This document shows, one piece after another, positions 17,159 through 26,578 of a DNA stretch of 45,402 nt. The DNA lies in NCBI GenBank assembly GCA_013202525.1, contig JABMQS010000118.1, positions 1 through 45,402 of the forward strand, given 5' to 3'. Positions within the stretch are counted from its first letter, which is position 1; each line of letters begins with the position of its first letter. A program made the position numbers and the translations under genes. Below the pieces are notes generated by a model. The model made no database searches. It was not told the origin of the DNA and saw only the letters and a program-made list of their open reading frames with translations. The stretch comes from Candidatus Omnitrophota bacterium (GTDB lineage: Bacteria > Omnitrophota > Gorgyraeia > JABMRG01).

Positions 17159-18043
17159 TCAAGCTCGAGGATGCGCCTTCTGGTAAACATCCTTAAGCCT
17201 GTCTGTTGTAACGTGCGTGTAGATCTGCGTTGTAGAAAGGTTTGCATGACCCAGGAGTTCCTGCACCACGCGAAGATCCGCTCCCCTGTTTAAGAGATGT
17301 GTTGCAAAGGAGTGGCGCAGCGTGTGGGGCGATATCTTCTCCTGCAGGCTGGTCTTGTGTATATAACGGTCCACTATACGCCTGACAGAGCGGTCTGTTA
17401 AGCGGCCTTTCCTGTTATTCAAAAATAAGACCTTCTTCTTGTCCTGACGCATCTTGGTTGTGGCATCCACATAATTCCTTATGGCCTTAATGGCCTTCTC
17501 GCCTATAGGCGCAAGGCGCTCCTTCTTTCCCTTGCCATATACCTTTATAACCCCTCCGATGAAATCGCAGGCATCTGTATCCATACCAACCAGCTCAGAG
17601 ACCCTCATGCCCGTGCTATACAATGTCTCAAGTATCGCCTTGTCTCTTAAACCCACAGCATCATCGCCGGGCGCCTCAACCAGTTTCGCAACCTCCTTCT
17701 CCTGCATGAAGACCGGAAGCTTCTTCTCCTTCTTTGGCGTAGACATGCCGGCCAGAGGATTGTGCTTAAAGAGGCCTTCCTTTGTAAGAAATCTAAAGAA
17801 ACTCCGCAAGGCTGAAAGGCATCTTGCAATAGAAGCACGGGAGAGCTTTCTCTCTCTGAGGTGCGCAAGAAACTGCCTTATCAGCAGGTAGTCTATCTTT
17901 TCAACCTCTCTATCGCCTAAGAACGCTTGAAACTCCTTGAGGTCTCTTTTGTAATTTGTAACCGTATGAGGCGAGGCCTCTCTCTCTATCTCAAGGTACC
18001 TTATGAACTTATCGATATATCTTTGGATCTGCTTGTCTGCCAA
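17159..18043 (-). CDS. xerC: Tyrosine recombinase XerC
   Basis: Catalytic residues in [25 protein letters not shown] and [12 protein letters not shown]. Position downstream of dprA-topA is the usual xerC context. TTG start. Confidence 0.88.
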   Translation of the reverse strand: MADKQIQRYIDKFIRYLEIEREASPHTVTNYKRDLKEFQAFLGDREVEKIDYLLIRQFLAHLRERKLSRASIARCLSALRSFFRFLTKEGLFKHNPLAGMSTPKKEKKLPVFMQEKEVAKLVEAPGDDAVGLRDKAILETLYSTGMRVSELVGMDTDACDFIGGVIKVYGKGKKERLAPIGEKAIKAIRNYVDATTKMRQDKKKVLFLNNRKGRLTDRSVRRIVDRYIHKTSLQEKISPHTLRHSFATHLLNRGADLRVVQELLGHANLSTTQIYTHVTTDRLKDVYQKAHPRA

Positions 18044-18072
18044 TCTCTAATCCTTCTTAGAACATTTCCGCA

Positions 18073-18100
18073 GGCGGGACAGGAATGTCCCGCCTATCCA
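18073..18100. repeat. Single REP-like unit
   Basis: GGCGGGAC-AGGAAT-GTCCCGCC-TATCCA between topA and xerC. Confidence 0.85.
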
Positions 18101-18111
18101 AATGCCAAACT

Positions 18112-20283
18112 TTAGTCCTTTTTAGGCGGCTCTGCTGGAGGAGCCTGCTCCGGAAGCTTCCTCGAGGTAAACCTGCAGTCAGGGTAGTTGGAACAGCCAT
18201 AGAAAGGCCCGCGCGTTGAATATCTTTCAAGGAGCTTGCCATTGCAGCCGGGCTGAGGACAGGCCACCTTTGTTGAAAAGGGCTTTGCGTTCTTACAGGT
18301 GGGGTAGTCTGAACAGCTCAGGAACCTGCCGCGGCGCGAATACTTGACCACCATGGGCTTGTTGCATTTGTCGCATATCTCATCAGTGCCTTCGGCCTCT
18401 ATAAGCTCTATCTTGCCATCCTCTGTCCTCTTGGCAGGCTTTGAGTTCTTGCATTTTGGAAAGCCGGAACAGCCCAAAAACGTTCCTCTCCTCGACCAGC
18501 GGAATAGCATCGACTTTCCGCACAGGTCACACTTATAATCTGTGGGGGTCTTTTGCTGTTTCATGTCCTCCATCTTGACGTGTGCCTGAGAAAGGTCCTT
18601 GGCAAAGGGTTCATAGAAATCCTTTAAGACATCCGGCCACTCCATAACGCCTTCCTCGACCTTATCCAGCTCATCCTCCATGCCTGCCGTAAAGCTCACA
18701 TTCAGGATATCCGGAAAATGCTTTACTAGGAGCCTGGTCACCACTATGCCGACCTCTGTCGGATAGTAGTAGCCGTTTCTCCTCTCAACATAATGGCGCT
18801 GGACGATAGTATATATTATCGGGGCGTATGTGCTCGGACGCCCTATGCCCTTCTCCTCCAGCTCCTTTACCAGGGAGGCATCTGAGAATCTGGCCGGCGG
18901 TTTTGTAAAATGCTGTGAAGGCAAAAGCTTCATCAGCTCAAGGAGTTCTCCTACCGTAAGAGCGGGGATATTGATCTTGTCGTCTGATTCAGCATTATCA
19001 TTTAAGCGAAGGAAACCGTCAAAGGCCAACTCGCTCCCGGAAACCCTGAATAGGTACTTCTTATCCTTTTTGGCCTTATCCTCGGCAATAATATCGACGG
19101 TCTTGATCTTAAAGGCTGCCTGGGCCATAAAGCTCTGCAGGAACCTTCTCCAAATAAGTTCATAGAGTTTAAACTGATCCGGGGCCAAGTATTTCTTTAT
19201 CTTATCCGGGGAATTGTACACAGAAGTGGGCCTTATAGCTTCATGCGCTTCCTGAGTCTTCTGCTTTGAGGCCTTTGGCTTTGGCGGGTTTTTGCAGATA
19301 TACTCCTTGCCAAAACTCTTTGTAATATATCCTATTGCCTGGGCCTGGGCCTCCTTGGCAACTCTTGTCGAGTCGGTCCTCATATATGTTATAAGGCCAG
19401 TACTGCCTTCCTCGCCCAGGTCAAGGCCTTCATAGAGCTGCTGGGCGACCCTCATGGTGCGACTCGCGGAAAAACGCAGCTTATTAAACGCCTCCTGCTG
19501 CATTGTGCTGGTGATATACGGGGCCGATGGCCTCCTCAGCTTCTTCTGCTCCTTCAGTCCGGAGACGACAAAGTCCCTTTTCTCCAAAATAGAAACCAGC
19601 TCATCCGCCGCTTCCTTTGAATCTATCCTGGGCTTTTTGCCTTCTATCTGCGCAAGCTTTGCAATAAATCGAGAGGGGCTCTTTAGTTTTGCGAGCTCTG
19701 CCTCTATCTCCCAGTACTCCTTGGCCTTGAAGGCGTTTATCTCATCCTCTCTCTCGACTATCAAACGCAATGCCACAGACTGCACCCTTCCGGCGCTTAA
19801 ACCCCTGCCAACCTTCTCCCACAGCAATGGTGAGAGGCTATAGCCCACTACCCTGTCAAGTATCCTCCTGGCCTGCTGGGCATTGACCTTGTTTATGTCT
19901 ATATCGCGCGGGCTCTTAAAGGCCGCCTCTATGGCAGACTTTGTGATCTCGTGAAACTCCACCCTCATACCCTTCTTGCCGGGCGCGACCAATTCACGCA
20001 TAAGGTGCCAGCTGATAGCCTCGCCTTCCCTGTCCGGGTCGGTTGCCAGATATATCACGGCCTTGCCCTTTGCCTTCTTCTTTAAGTCACTCAGTATCTT
20101 CTTGCGGGATGGTATGACCACATATTTCGGCTTGAAGTTATTCTCTATGTCCACACCCATACCGCTGGACGGCAGGTCTATAAGGTGGCCCATGGAGGAT
20201 GTGACATCATAACCTTTGCCCAAAAACTTGAGCAATGTCCTGCACTTTGCAGGGGACTCCACTATTACGAGTGATTTTTTCAT
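18112..20283 (-). CDS. topA: DNA topoisomerase I
   Basis: IVESPAK, ATDPDREGEAI, SAGRVQS, ITYMRTDS and GIGRPSTY, with three C-terminal Cys4 zinc ribbons. Confidence 0.97.
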   Translation of the reverse strand: MKKSLVIVESPAKCRTLLKFLGKGYDVTSSMGHLIDLPSSGMGVDIENNFKPKYVVIPSRKKILSDLKKKAKGKAVIYLATDPDREGEAISWHLMRELVAPGKKGMRVEFHEITKSAIEAAFKSPRDIDINKVNAQQARRILDRVVGYSLSPLLWEKVGRGLSAGRVQSVALRLIVEREDEINAFKAKEYWEIEAELAKLKSPSRFIAKLAQIEGKKPRIDSKEAADELVSILEKRDFVVSGLKEQKKLRRPSAPYITSTMQQEAFNKLRFSASRTMRVAQQLYEGLDLGEEGSTGLITYMRTDSTRVAKEAQAQAIGYITKSFGKEYICKNPPKPKASKQKTQEAHEAIRPTSVYNSPDKIKKYLAPDQFKLYELIWRRFLQSFMAQAAFKIKTVDIIAEDKAKKDKKYLFRVSGSELAFDGFLRLNDNAESDDKINIPALTVGELLELMKLLPSQHFTKPPARFSDASLVKELEEKGIGRPSTYAPIIYTIVQRHYVERRNGYYYPTEVGIVVTRLLVKHFPDILNVSFTAGMEDELDKVEEGVMEWPDVLKDFYEPFAKDLSQAHVKMEDMKQQKTPTDYKCDLCGKSMLFRWSRRGTFLGCSGFPKCKNSKPAKRTEDGKIELIEAEGTDEICDKCNKPMVVKYSRRGRFLSCSDYPTCKNAKPFSTKVACPQPGCNGKLLERYSTRGPFYGCSNYPDCRFTSRKLPEQAPPAEPPKKD

Positions 20284-20334
20284 ATCCGTTTATACGTATC
20301 CTTATTTTTGCGCATCCTGCCAACTCCTTCTCTT

Positions 20335-21414
20335 TTACGCTCTTATGTAGAGCTTGCCTGGGAGTTGTTTCACAAGGCCTTTCATCTCCAGGTCAAGAAG
20401 CAGCCTCTTCGTCTGCTTGGCCTCTATTGATGCTGTTTCTATTAGTGTATCTATATCGAACGGTTCCTCTGAAAGAAGTCCGTAGATACTCTTTTCAGAG
20501 GGATCGGTTAGATTTATTGCCTGAGTGGCCTTGCCGTCAGAAGAAGGCCTGATCTCTTCTAAGATATCAGCCGCGCTCTCTGCGAGCTTTGCGCCTTCCC
20601 GTATCAGGTTGTTTGTGCCGCAGGATGTGATCGAGCCCGCAGCACCGGGAACCGAAAAGACACTGCGGCCCTGTTCGAGTGCAAAGTCCGCTGTTATAAG
20701 AGAACCGCTCCTTCTGGCTGCCTCTACTACAACCACGCCCTTTGTAAGGCCGCTTATCACCCTGTTGCGCCTTGGGAAATTCTCTTTATGCGGGGGCATC
20801 TCCATGGGAAACTCCGAAACCAGCGCACCATTCTTAATGATCTCATCCGAGAGCTTTTTGTTTTCCGGCGGATAGACAGAGGCCAGGCCGTTTCCCAGGA
20901 CCGCTATGGTCCTGCCTCCGCCTGCTATAGCACCCTTGTGAGAAGCAGTATCTATTCCCCTCGCCATACCGGAGACCACTGTTACACCGTAAGGTGCGAG
21001 CTGCCCTGCAAGCTTCTCCGCGGTCATTAAACCATAAAGGCTTGCTCTTCTTGAACCGACGATCGCTATCGCGATACTATCGGGGCTATAGAGCCTTCCC
21101 TTTATATAAAGAACAATAGGCGGGTCATATATCTCTTTTAGATCCGCCGGGTAGGCATCATCAAATACGGTCAAGACCTCTACGCCATGATCCCTGATAA
21201 GTGCCGTCTCCCTGTCAATATCGCAATTATTCTTAGCGCCTATTATGGACTGCGCAACTACTGCACCAATACCCCTTACCCCTCGGAGGCGGTGTGCGGG
21301 TGCCTTAAGGATAGCAGCTGTAGTCTTAAACTCCTCAAGGAGGGCCTTTAGCCTTATGTAACCTACCTCCTGCAGCATGTTGAGCAGGATAAGGTCTCTG
21401 GTAATATTTGTCAT
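20335..21414 (-). CDS. dprA: DNA-processing protein DprA
   Basis: DPPIVLY, IVGSRRAS, SGMARGID, FPRRNRVISG and SGSLITA, with a C-terminal LEMKGLV winged helix. Confidence 0.95.
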   Translation of the reverse strand: MTNITRDLILLNMLQEVGYIRLKALLEEFKTTAAILKAPAHRLRGVRGIGAVVAQSIIGAKNNCDIDRETALIRDHGVEVLTVFDDAYPADLKEIYDPPIVLYIKGRLYSPDSIAIAIVGSRRASLYGLMTAEKLAGQLAPYGVTVVSGMARGIDTASHKGAIAGGGRTIAVLGNGLASVYPPENKKLSDEIIKNGALVSEFPMEMPPHKENFPRRNRVISGLTKGVVVVEAARRSGSLITADFALEQGRSVFSVPGAAGSITSCGTNNLIREGAKLAESAADILEEIRPSSDGKATQAINLTDPSEKSIYGLLSEEPFDIDTLIETASIEAKQTKRLLLDLEMKGLVKQLPGKLYIRA

Positions 21415-21419
21415 TGTTT

Positions 21420-21495
21420 AGTTGGGAGCTGGGAGTTGGGAGTTGGGAGTTAAAAAAACCAAACTCCGAACTCCAGACTCCAGACTCCGATCTCC
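21420..21495. repeat. Inverted heptamer tandem arrays
   Basis: (AGTTGGG)x4 at 21420-21451 faces about five (A/G)ACTCC(A/G) units at 21462-21495. Confidence 0.85.
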
Positions 21496-21499
21496 TGTC

Positions 21500-22036
21500 T
21501 TACGCGAAAATAAGGTGTCTCTTCTCAGACTCTGACTCCTGCATAATCTTGAGTATCTCATCCGCAGCCTCATCCGGTGTAATATCAGATGTCTCTATAA
21601 CATGGTCAGCACGTTTGTAATACTCTTTACGCCTTCCTAGAAGTTCCTTTATCTCATGGAGCGGATCCTCGACCTGAAGAAGCGGCCTGTGGCCGCAGGC
21701 CCTGGTCCTCTCCAGGATCACATCCGGGGTCGCGGTAAGACAAAATATGGTGCCGTGGTCTTTAAGCCGTCTGATATTCTGTTCGTCTATAACCACGCCG
21801 CCGCCTGCGTCTACAACGACGTTCTTATCCTTTGCGGCAGAGGCCACCATCTGGGATTCTATCTTCCTGAAACGTACCTCTCCATCCTCTTCAAAGATAC
21901 GCGAGATGGGCTTTCCCACCTTCCACTCTATCATATCGTCGATACATAGGCGCTGCCACTTGAGGCGCGAGGCAAGGACCTTGCTCACCGCTGTCTTGCC
22001 GGTTCCCATAAATCCCACAATGACTATGTTTTTCAT
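21500..22036 (-). CDS. aroK: Shikimate kinase
   Basis: GFMGTGKT Walker A, GEVRFRKIE, GGGVV and RPLL. Confidence 0.95.
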   Translation of the reverse strand: MKNIVIVGFMGTGKTAVSKVLASRLKWQRLCIDDMIEWKVGKPISRIFEEDGEVRFRKIESQMVASAAKDKNVVVDAGGGVVIDEQNIRRLKDHGTIFCLTATPDVILERTRACGHRPLLQVEDPLHEIKELLGRRKEYYKRADHVIETSDITPDEAADEILKIMQESESEKRHLIFA

Positions 22037-22055
22037 ATTTAGTCTCCAGACTGGC

Positions 22056-23174
22056 TCAAAGCTTCAAGGCCCTCATATAGCCCTTGTAATTTCTCATGGT
22101 CTCGCCTATAGAATCGCCGCCAAACTTCTCCATCACAGCCTGCGCAAGTATAAACGCCGTACTATTCTCCCCGACTACAGAAGCGGCGACTATCGCGCAG
22201 ATATCCGAGCGCTCTACAGCGGCCTTACTCGGGGCCTTCTTCTTTATATCGATAGAGTCGAGCGGCTTCATGAGTGTTGATATCGGTTTCATGGCACAGG
22301 TTACAAGCAGGGGCTCACCATTGGTCATGCCGCCTTCGACGCCGCCCGCATTATTCCTCTTGCGCGTAATCTTTTTGCCCTGAATGGCTATAGGGTCGTG
22401 AAACTGTGAGCCAAAGAGCCTCGCGCCTTCAAAACCAAGGCCAAACTCGACCCCTTTGACAGCCTGTATTGACATGAGCTCACCCGCAAGGCGTGCGTCG
22501 ATCTTGCGGTCAAAATGCATACAACTGCCCAATCCCGGAGGCACATTCAATGCTATGATCTCAAAACCTCCGCCGACAGTATCACCCTTCTCCTTTGCCT
22601 GCTCGATCCTGCGTATCATAAGCCTCTCGGCATACTTGTCTGCACAGTTTAAGGACGACTTAGAGGCATTGCGGGCAATATCCTTAACAGACAGATGGCC
22701 TGTCTGCGCATCCACGCTGCACAAATATGTGGTGTGACTTATGACATCTATGCCGAACTCTGCCAGGAAGCCCTTGCATATAGCTCCTACGGCAACCCTT
22801 ACCGCTGTCTCTCTGGCGCTTGCCCGCTCCAATATATCCCTTGCGTCTTGGGTATCATACTTCAATATGCCTGCCAGGTCCGCATGTCCGGGGCGCGGAC
22901 ATGTAACCTGAGCGAGCTTGTCTATCTTGAAGTCCTTATTCTTTATCAAAAGCGCTATCGGGCTTCCCAGGCTATGGCCCTTTCTTAAGCCTGAAATGAT
23001 CTCGACCTTATCAGACTCTATCTCCATCCTTTTTCCGCGGCCATAACCGGATTGGCGCCGCTTGAGTTCTCCATCTATCTCTTTTGTGTTGAGCTTCAGG
23101 CCTGCGGGCAGTCCTTCCAGTATTGCAACCAGGGCCTTTCCGTGCGACTCACCAGCCGTCAAATAACGTAACAT
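22056..23174 (-). CDS. aroC: Chorismate synthase
   Basis: MLRYLTAGESHG (start moved to the ATG at 23174, AAGGAGG RBS), PRPGHAD, ERASARET, GGVEGGMTNG and ERSD. Confidence 0.96.
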   Translation of the reverse strand: MLRYLTAGESHGKALVAILEGLPAGLKLNTKEIDGELKRRQSGYGRGKRMEIESDKVEIISGLRKGHSLGSPIALLIKNKDFKIDKLAQVTCPRPGHADLAGILKYDTQDARDILERASARETAVRVAVGAICKGFLAEFGIDVISHTTYLCSVDAQTGHLSVKDIARNASKSSLNCADKYAERLMIRRIEQAKEKGDTVGGGFEIIALNVPPGLGSCMHFDRKIDARLAGELMSIQAVKGVEFGLGFEGARLFGSQFHDPIAIQGKKITRKRNNAGGVEGGMTNGEPLLVTCAMKPISTLMKPLDSIDIKKKAPSKAAVERSDICAIVAASVVGENSTAFILAQAVMEKFGGDSIGETMRNYKGYMRALKL

Positions 23175-23175
23175 C

Positions 23176-23961
23176 TTATCCTCCTTGTATAAAACGTAAG
23201 ATATCATTGCCCCATAAGATGGCCACAACCGCTGCCAGCGAAAGATACGGCCCGTATGGGATTATCTCGGCTTTGTATTTGATCTTCATGATCAACCCTA
23301 CACCGGCGCCGAAGAACGGCGCTATAAAATATATAAGGACAACATACTTAAGGCCCACAAAGGCGCCTATCATGGCCAGAAACTTCACATCCCCGCCGCC
23401 CATGGCCTCCTTCTTAAACATGAACTTCCCTAAGACGCCTGTAAGGTATATCAGTAACCCGCCTGCCAAGAGCCCGAGGCCTGAAGCAAGCAATGACCTC
23501 AACCTGCCTGAGGCACCGTGCAGCTGCGGGAAAAGAAGGCTAAGGAGAAGGCCCAGCACCATGCCGCCATATGTTATCTCATCCGGTATGATCTGGTGTT
23601 CAAAATCTATAAAGGTGGCCACGATCATGCCGCAGGCAAGAACTATATATGAAAAACTGCTTATACCGACTCCGAGCTGGCTTAAAAAAAGGACAAAGAC
23701 GCCTGCTGTCAAAAGCTCAACGATCATATACCTGGGTGATATCCTCTCCTTACAATAACGGCACCTGGCCCCGAGTATGATAAAACTCAGCACAGGTATA
23801 TTATCATACCAGGCAATCGCATGCTTACAGCGAGGGCAGTGCGACGGCGGGTTCACCACCGATCTCGAGCCGGGCATGCGGCATATGCATACATTCAGGA
23901 AACTGCCTACTATTAATCCGAATATGATGGCAAGAATGAGTACTGCTATATTCATCTGCAT
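23176..23961 (-). CDS. pilD: Type IV prepilin peptidase/methylase
   Basis: GSFLNVCICRMP, SHCPRC..CRYC, FIDFEHQIIPD, MGGGDVK and PYGPYL. The start is 23961 or 23955; the longer ORF reads into a REP doublet. Confidence 0.93.
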   Translation of the reverse strand: MQMNIAVLILAIIFGLIVGSFLNVCICRMPGSRSVVNPPSHCPRCKHAIAWYDNIPVLSFIILGARCRYCKERISPRYMIVELLTAGVFVLFLSQLGVGISSFSYIVLACGMIVATFIDFEHQIIPDEITYGGMVLGLLLSLLFPQLHGASGRLRSLLASGLGLLAGGLLIYLTGVLGKFMFKKEAMGGGDVKFLAMIGAFVGLKYVVLIYFIAPFFGAGVGLIMKIKYKAEIIPYGPYLSLAAVVAILWGNDILRFIQGG

Positions 23962-23981
23962 AAATTCTGCTGTTGAGCTCC

Positions 23982-24046
23982 TTGGATAGCCGGGACATTC
24001 TTGTCCCGGCATCAGTAGGCGGGACTAGAAAGTCCCGCCTATCCAA
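23982..24046. repeat. Inverted REP-like doublet
   Basis: TTGGATAGCCGGGAC-ATTCTT-GTCCCGGC ... TAGGCGGGAC-TAGAAA-GTCCCGCCTATCCAA. Confidence 0.9.
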
Positions 24047-24054
24047 CATGAAGT

Positions 24055-24909
24055 TTAACGTTTTATATTATCGAGCAGTGTTCTTTTCATCAGTGAGACC
24101 GGTGCCTTCTTCCTGGTCCACATCTCAAAAGCGATAGCGCCCTGGTACAAAAGCATGCCCACGCCGCCGCATGCGGTGATCCCTTTTTTCTTAGCTGCCT
24201 TGATGAGCCTCGTCTCCAGAGGCGTATATACTATATCGTAGACCTTAAGACCATTATGGAGCAGTTTGACATCGATAGGCAGCTTATCCTTCTTCTTCAT
24301 GCCTAAAGGCGTGCAGTTTACAAGAAGCCGGCAGTCCTTAATGACCTTTGGCATATCCTTAGCCTTGCAAAAAGACGCCTCACAGCCTCTAAAACAGCTC
24401 TTTATATTCCTTGCCAGCGAGCTGGCCCTGCCTGGAATAATGTCGTATATGTGGATCTTCTTTGCGCCTTTATTGGCAAGCCCGAATGCCACAGCCCTTG
24501 CCGCGCCTCCGGCGCCCAGGATAAGGATCTCCTTGTTCCTGGGATCGAACCTAAGTTCTTCTTTCAGGCTTCTTATAAACCCCTGATGGTCTGTATTTGA
24601 ACCTTTAAGCCTGTTGTTTTTAAGGATTACCGTATTGACCGCGCCTATCTTTTTGGCAACAGGCTCTATTGCATCAAGGTATCTTATGCATTCAGATTTA
24701 AAGGGGATGGTTATATTAAAGCCCGAGATGCCGGCATCTTTTAGAGAAGCTATCGCCGCCTTGAGCCTGCCCCTTCTTACCGGAAGCGGCAGATACGCTG
24801 CCTTTATCTTGAGCCTCCTGAATGCCGCATTATGCATATAAGGGGATAGGCTGTGCTCCACAGGGCAGCCTATGATACCGAAAAGCCTGCTTGAGGATTT
24901 CTTTGTCAT
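24055..24909 (-). CDS. aroE: Shikimate dehydrogenase
   Basis: HSLSPYMHN, NITIPFK, GAVNT, NTD, GAGGAARA and MLLYQG. Confidence 0.96.
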   Translation of the reverse strand: MTKKSSSRLFGIIGCPVEHSLSPYMHNAAFRRLKIKAAYLPLPVRRGRLKAAIASLKDAGISGFNITIPFKSECIRYLDAIEPVAKKIGAVNTVILKNNRLKGSNTDHQGFIRSLKEELRFDPRNKEILILGAGGAARAVAFGLANKGAKKIHIYDIIPGRASSLARNIKSCFRGCEASFCKAKDMPKVIKDCRLLVNCTPLGMKKKDKLPIDVKLLHNGLKVYDIVYTPLETRLIKAAKKKGITACGGVGMLLYQGAIAFEMWTRKKAPVSLMKRTLLDNIKR

Positions 24910-24920
24910 AATGTCCTGTC

Positions 24921-25038
24921 TGGATAGCCGGGATATTTCCCTCGCTGTGCTCGGGACCTCTCACCGAGGGATCCCGAACGAATGTGAGGGGCTTGTCCCG
25001 GTTCCTACATGCGGGACTGGAAAGTCCCGCCTATCCAA
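24921..25038. repeat. Inverted REP-like doublet with a ~54-bp second palindromic element inserted in the left loop
   Basis: TGGATAGCCGGGATATT-[24938-24991]-CTTGTCCCGG ... GCGGGAC-TGGAAA-GTCCCGCCTATCCAA. Compare the uninterrupted copy at 23983. Confidence 0.85.
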
Positions 25039-25045
25039 ATGGTGT

Positions 25046-26578
25046 TTAGAGACACTGCTTAGTTCTTGAAGCAGACGATGAACAGATCTTGTTCATGGCA
25101 TTCAGATACGCCTTGACACTTGCCTCAATAACATCGGTACTCGTGCCTCTTCCGGAGACGATCTTACCTTTTACATCTACCTTTAAAGAGGCCTCACCGA
25201 GCGCATCCTTGCCGCTTGTAATAGACCTTATGCCATAAGCGGTCAGCTTGCCCCGGAGACCGGTGATCTTGTCAACGGCCTTATAGCAGGCATCCACCGG
25301 GCCGTCTCCCGTGGCAGATGCCTCGGTCTCTTTCTTCTTCATCTTAAGCCTCACAGTAGCCTTTGGGGTGCTTTCTGTGCTGCTTTCAATAGAAAGATAT
25401 ATGAGCCTGTAGGTCTCAGGGATAGCTATCATCTCATCCTCTACGATGGTACTTAAGTCTTCATCGTATATGGACTTCTTCTTATCGGCCAATCTCTTGA
25501 ATCTCGCAAACGCCCGATCAAGCTCATCATCCTTTAAGATATAACCCAGTTTCTTAAGCCTCGCCTGCAGAGCGTGCCTGCCTGAATGTTTGCCCATAAC
25601 AAGTTTTGTCTCGCCAAAGCCCACATCCTGGGGCCTCATTATCTCGTAGGTAGACCTCTGCTTTAATATGCCGTCCTGGTGTATCCCGGCTTCATGCGCA
25701 AATGCGTTAGAGCCTACTACGGCCTTATTGGGCTGGACAGCTATGCCTGTGAGCCTTGTGACCATGCGCGAGGTCTCATAGAGAAACTGATTTCTTATGC
25801 TGGTCTTTTTGTTAAAGAAATCACTGCGCGTCTTCATGCCCATTATTATCTCTTCCAGTGAGGCATTGCCTGCGCGCTCCCCTATGCCGTTTATGGTGCA
25901 CTCTACCTGACCGGCTCCATTGACTACGGCTGCCAGGGAGTTTGCAACAGCAAGGCCTAAGTCGTTGTGGCAATGCACACTGATCACCGCCTTGTTGATA
26001 TTCGGGACCCTGCGCGTAATATTGTATATGAGCCTGCCAAACTCATCAGGAATAGCATATCCCACCGTATCGGGGATATTGACCGTAGTCGCACCTGCTG
26101 CTATGACATGCTCGAGGACCTTATAAAGAAAGTTGGGCTGTGTCCTTGAGGCGTCCTCAGGGGAAAACTCTACGTCATCAACATACTTTTTGGCATACTT
26201 GACAGCCCACCCGGCCTGCCGCAGTATCTCATCCTCTGCTTTTTTCAGCTTGTACTTCATGTGTATCTTGGATGTTGCCAGAAATACATGTATGCGCGGC
26301 CTGCTGGAAGACTTTACCGCCTTGTAGGCAGCATCTATATCAGCCTTGAGGGAACGCGCCAGGCCGCATATGATAGGGCCCTTTACCTTCTTGCTTATGA
26401 GCTTAACAGCCTCGAGGTCATCCGGTGAAGCTATCGGAAAACCCGCCTCGATAGCATCTACCTTCAACCTGGCAAGCTGCTGCGCGATCTCAAGCTTCTC
26501 GCTCTTCTGCAGGCTCGCTCCGGGAGACTGCTCTCCATCCCTTAGTGTTGTGTCGAATATTGTGATGTGCTTACGCAT
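25046..26578 (-). CDS. leuA: 2-isopropylmalate synthase
   Basis: FDTTLRDGEQSPG, HCHNDLG, GIGERAGN and HEAGIHQDG, with a C-terminal regulatory domain (GDGPVDA). Confidence 0.96.
   Translation of the reverse strand: MRKHITIFDTTLRDGEQSPGASLQKSEKLEIAQQLARLKVDAIEAGFPIASPDDLEAVKLISKKVKGPIICGLARSLKADIDAAYKAVKSSSRPRIHVFLATSKIHMKYKLKKAEDEILRQAGWAVKYAKKYVDDVEFSPEDASRTQPNFLYKVLEHVIAAGATTVNIPDTVGYAIPDEFGRLIYNITRRVPNINKAVISVHCHNDLGLAVANSLAAVVNGAGQVECTINGIGERAGNASLEEIIMGMKTRSDFFNKKTSIRNQFLYETSRMVTRLTGIAVQPNKAVVGSNAFAHEAGIHQDGILKQRSTYEIMRPQDVGFGETKLVMGKHSGRHALQARLKKLGYILKDDELDRAFARFKRLADKKKSIYDEDLSTIVEDEMIAIPETYRLIYLSIESSTESTPKATVRLKMKKKETEASATGDGPVDACYKAVDKITGLRGKLTAYGIRSITSGKDALGEASLKVDVKGKIVSGRGTSTDVIEASVKAYLNAMNKICSSSASRTKQCL

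Noticed and set aside
12739-18043. Prophage, shufflon or DGR explanation for the fibre genes using the nearby tyrosine recombinase
   Set aside because: The recombinase is a housekeeping-type XerC in dprA-topA-xerC context. There are no inverted silent cassettes, capsid or terminase genes, or reverse transcriptase, and differences between the paralogues are not adenine-specific.
18057-18242. 61-aa minus-strand ORF
   Set aside because: It overlaps the topA end in another frame and runs through a REP unit.
23962-24012. N-terminal extensions of pilD (and lpxK, 12638-12703) in the ORF track
   Set aside because: They are translations of REP palindromes; downstream ATGs give family-typical N-termini.
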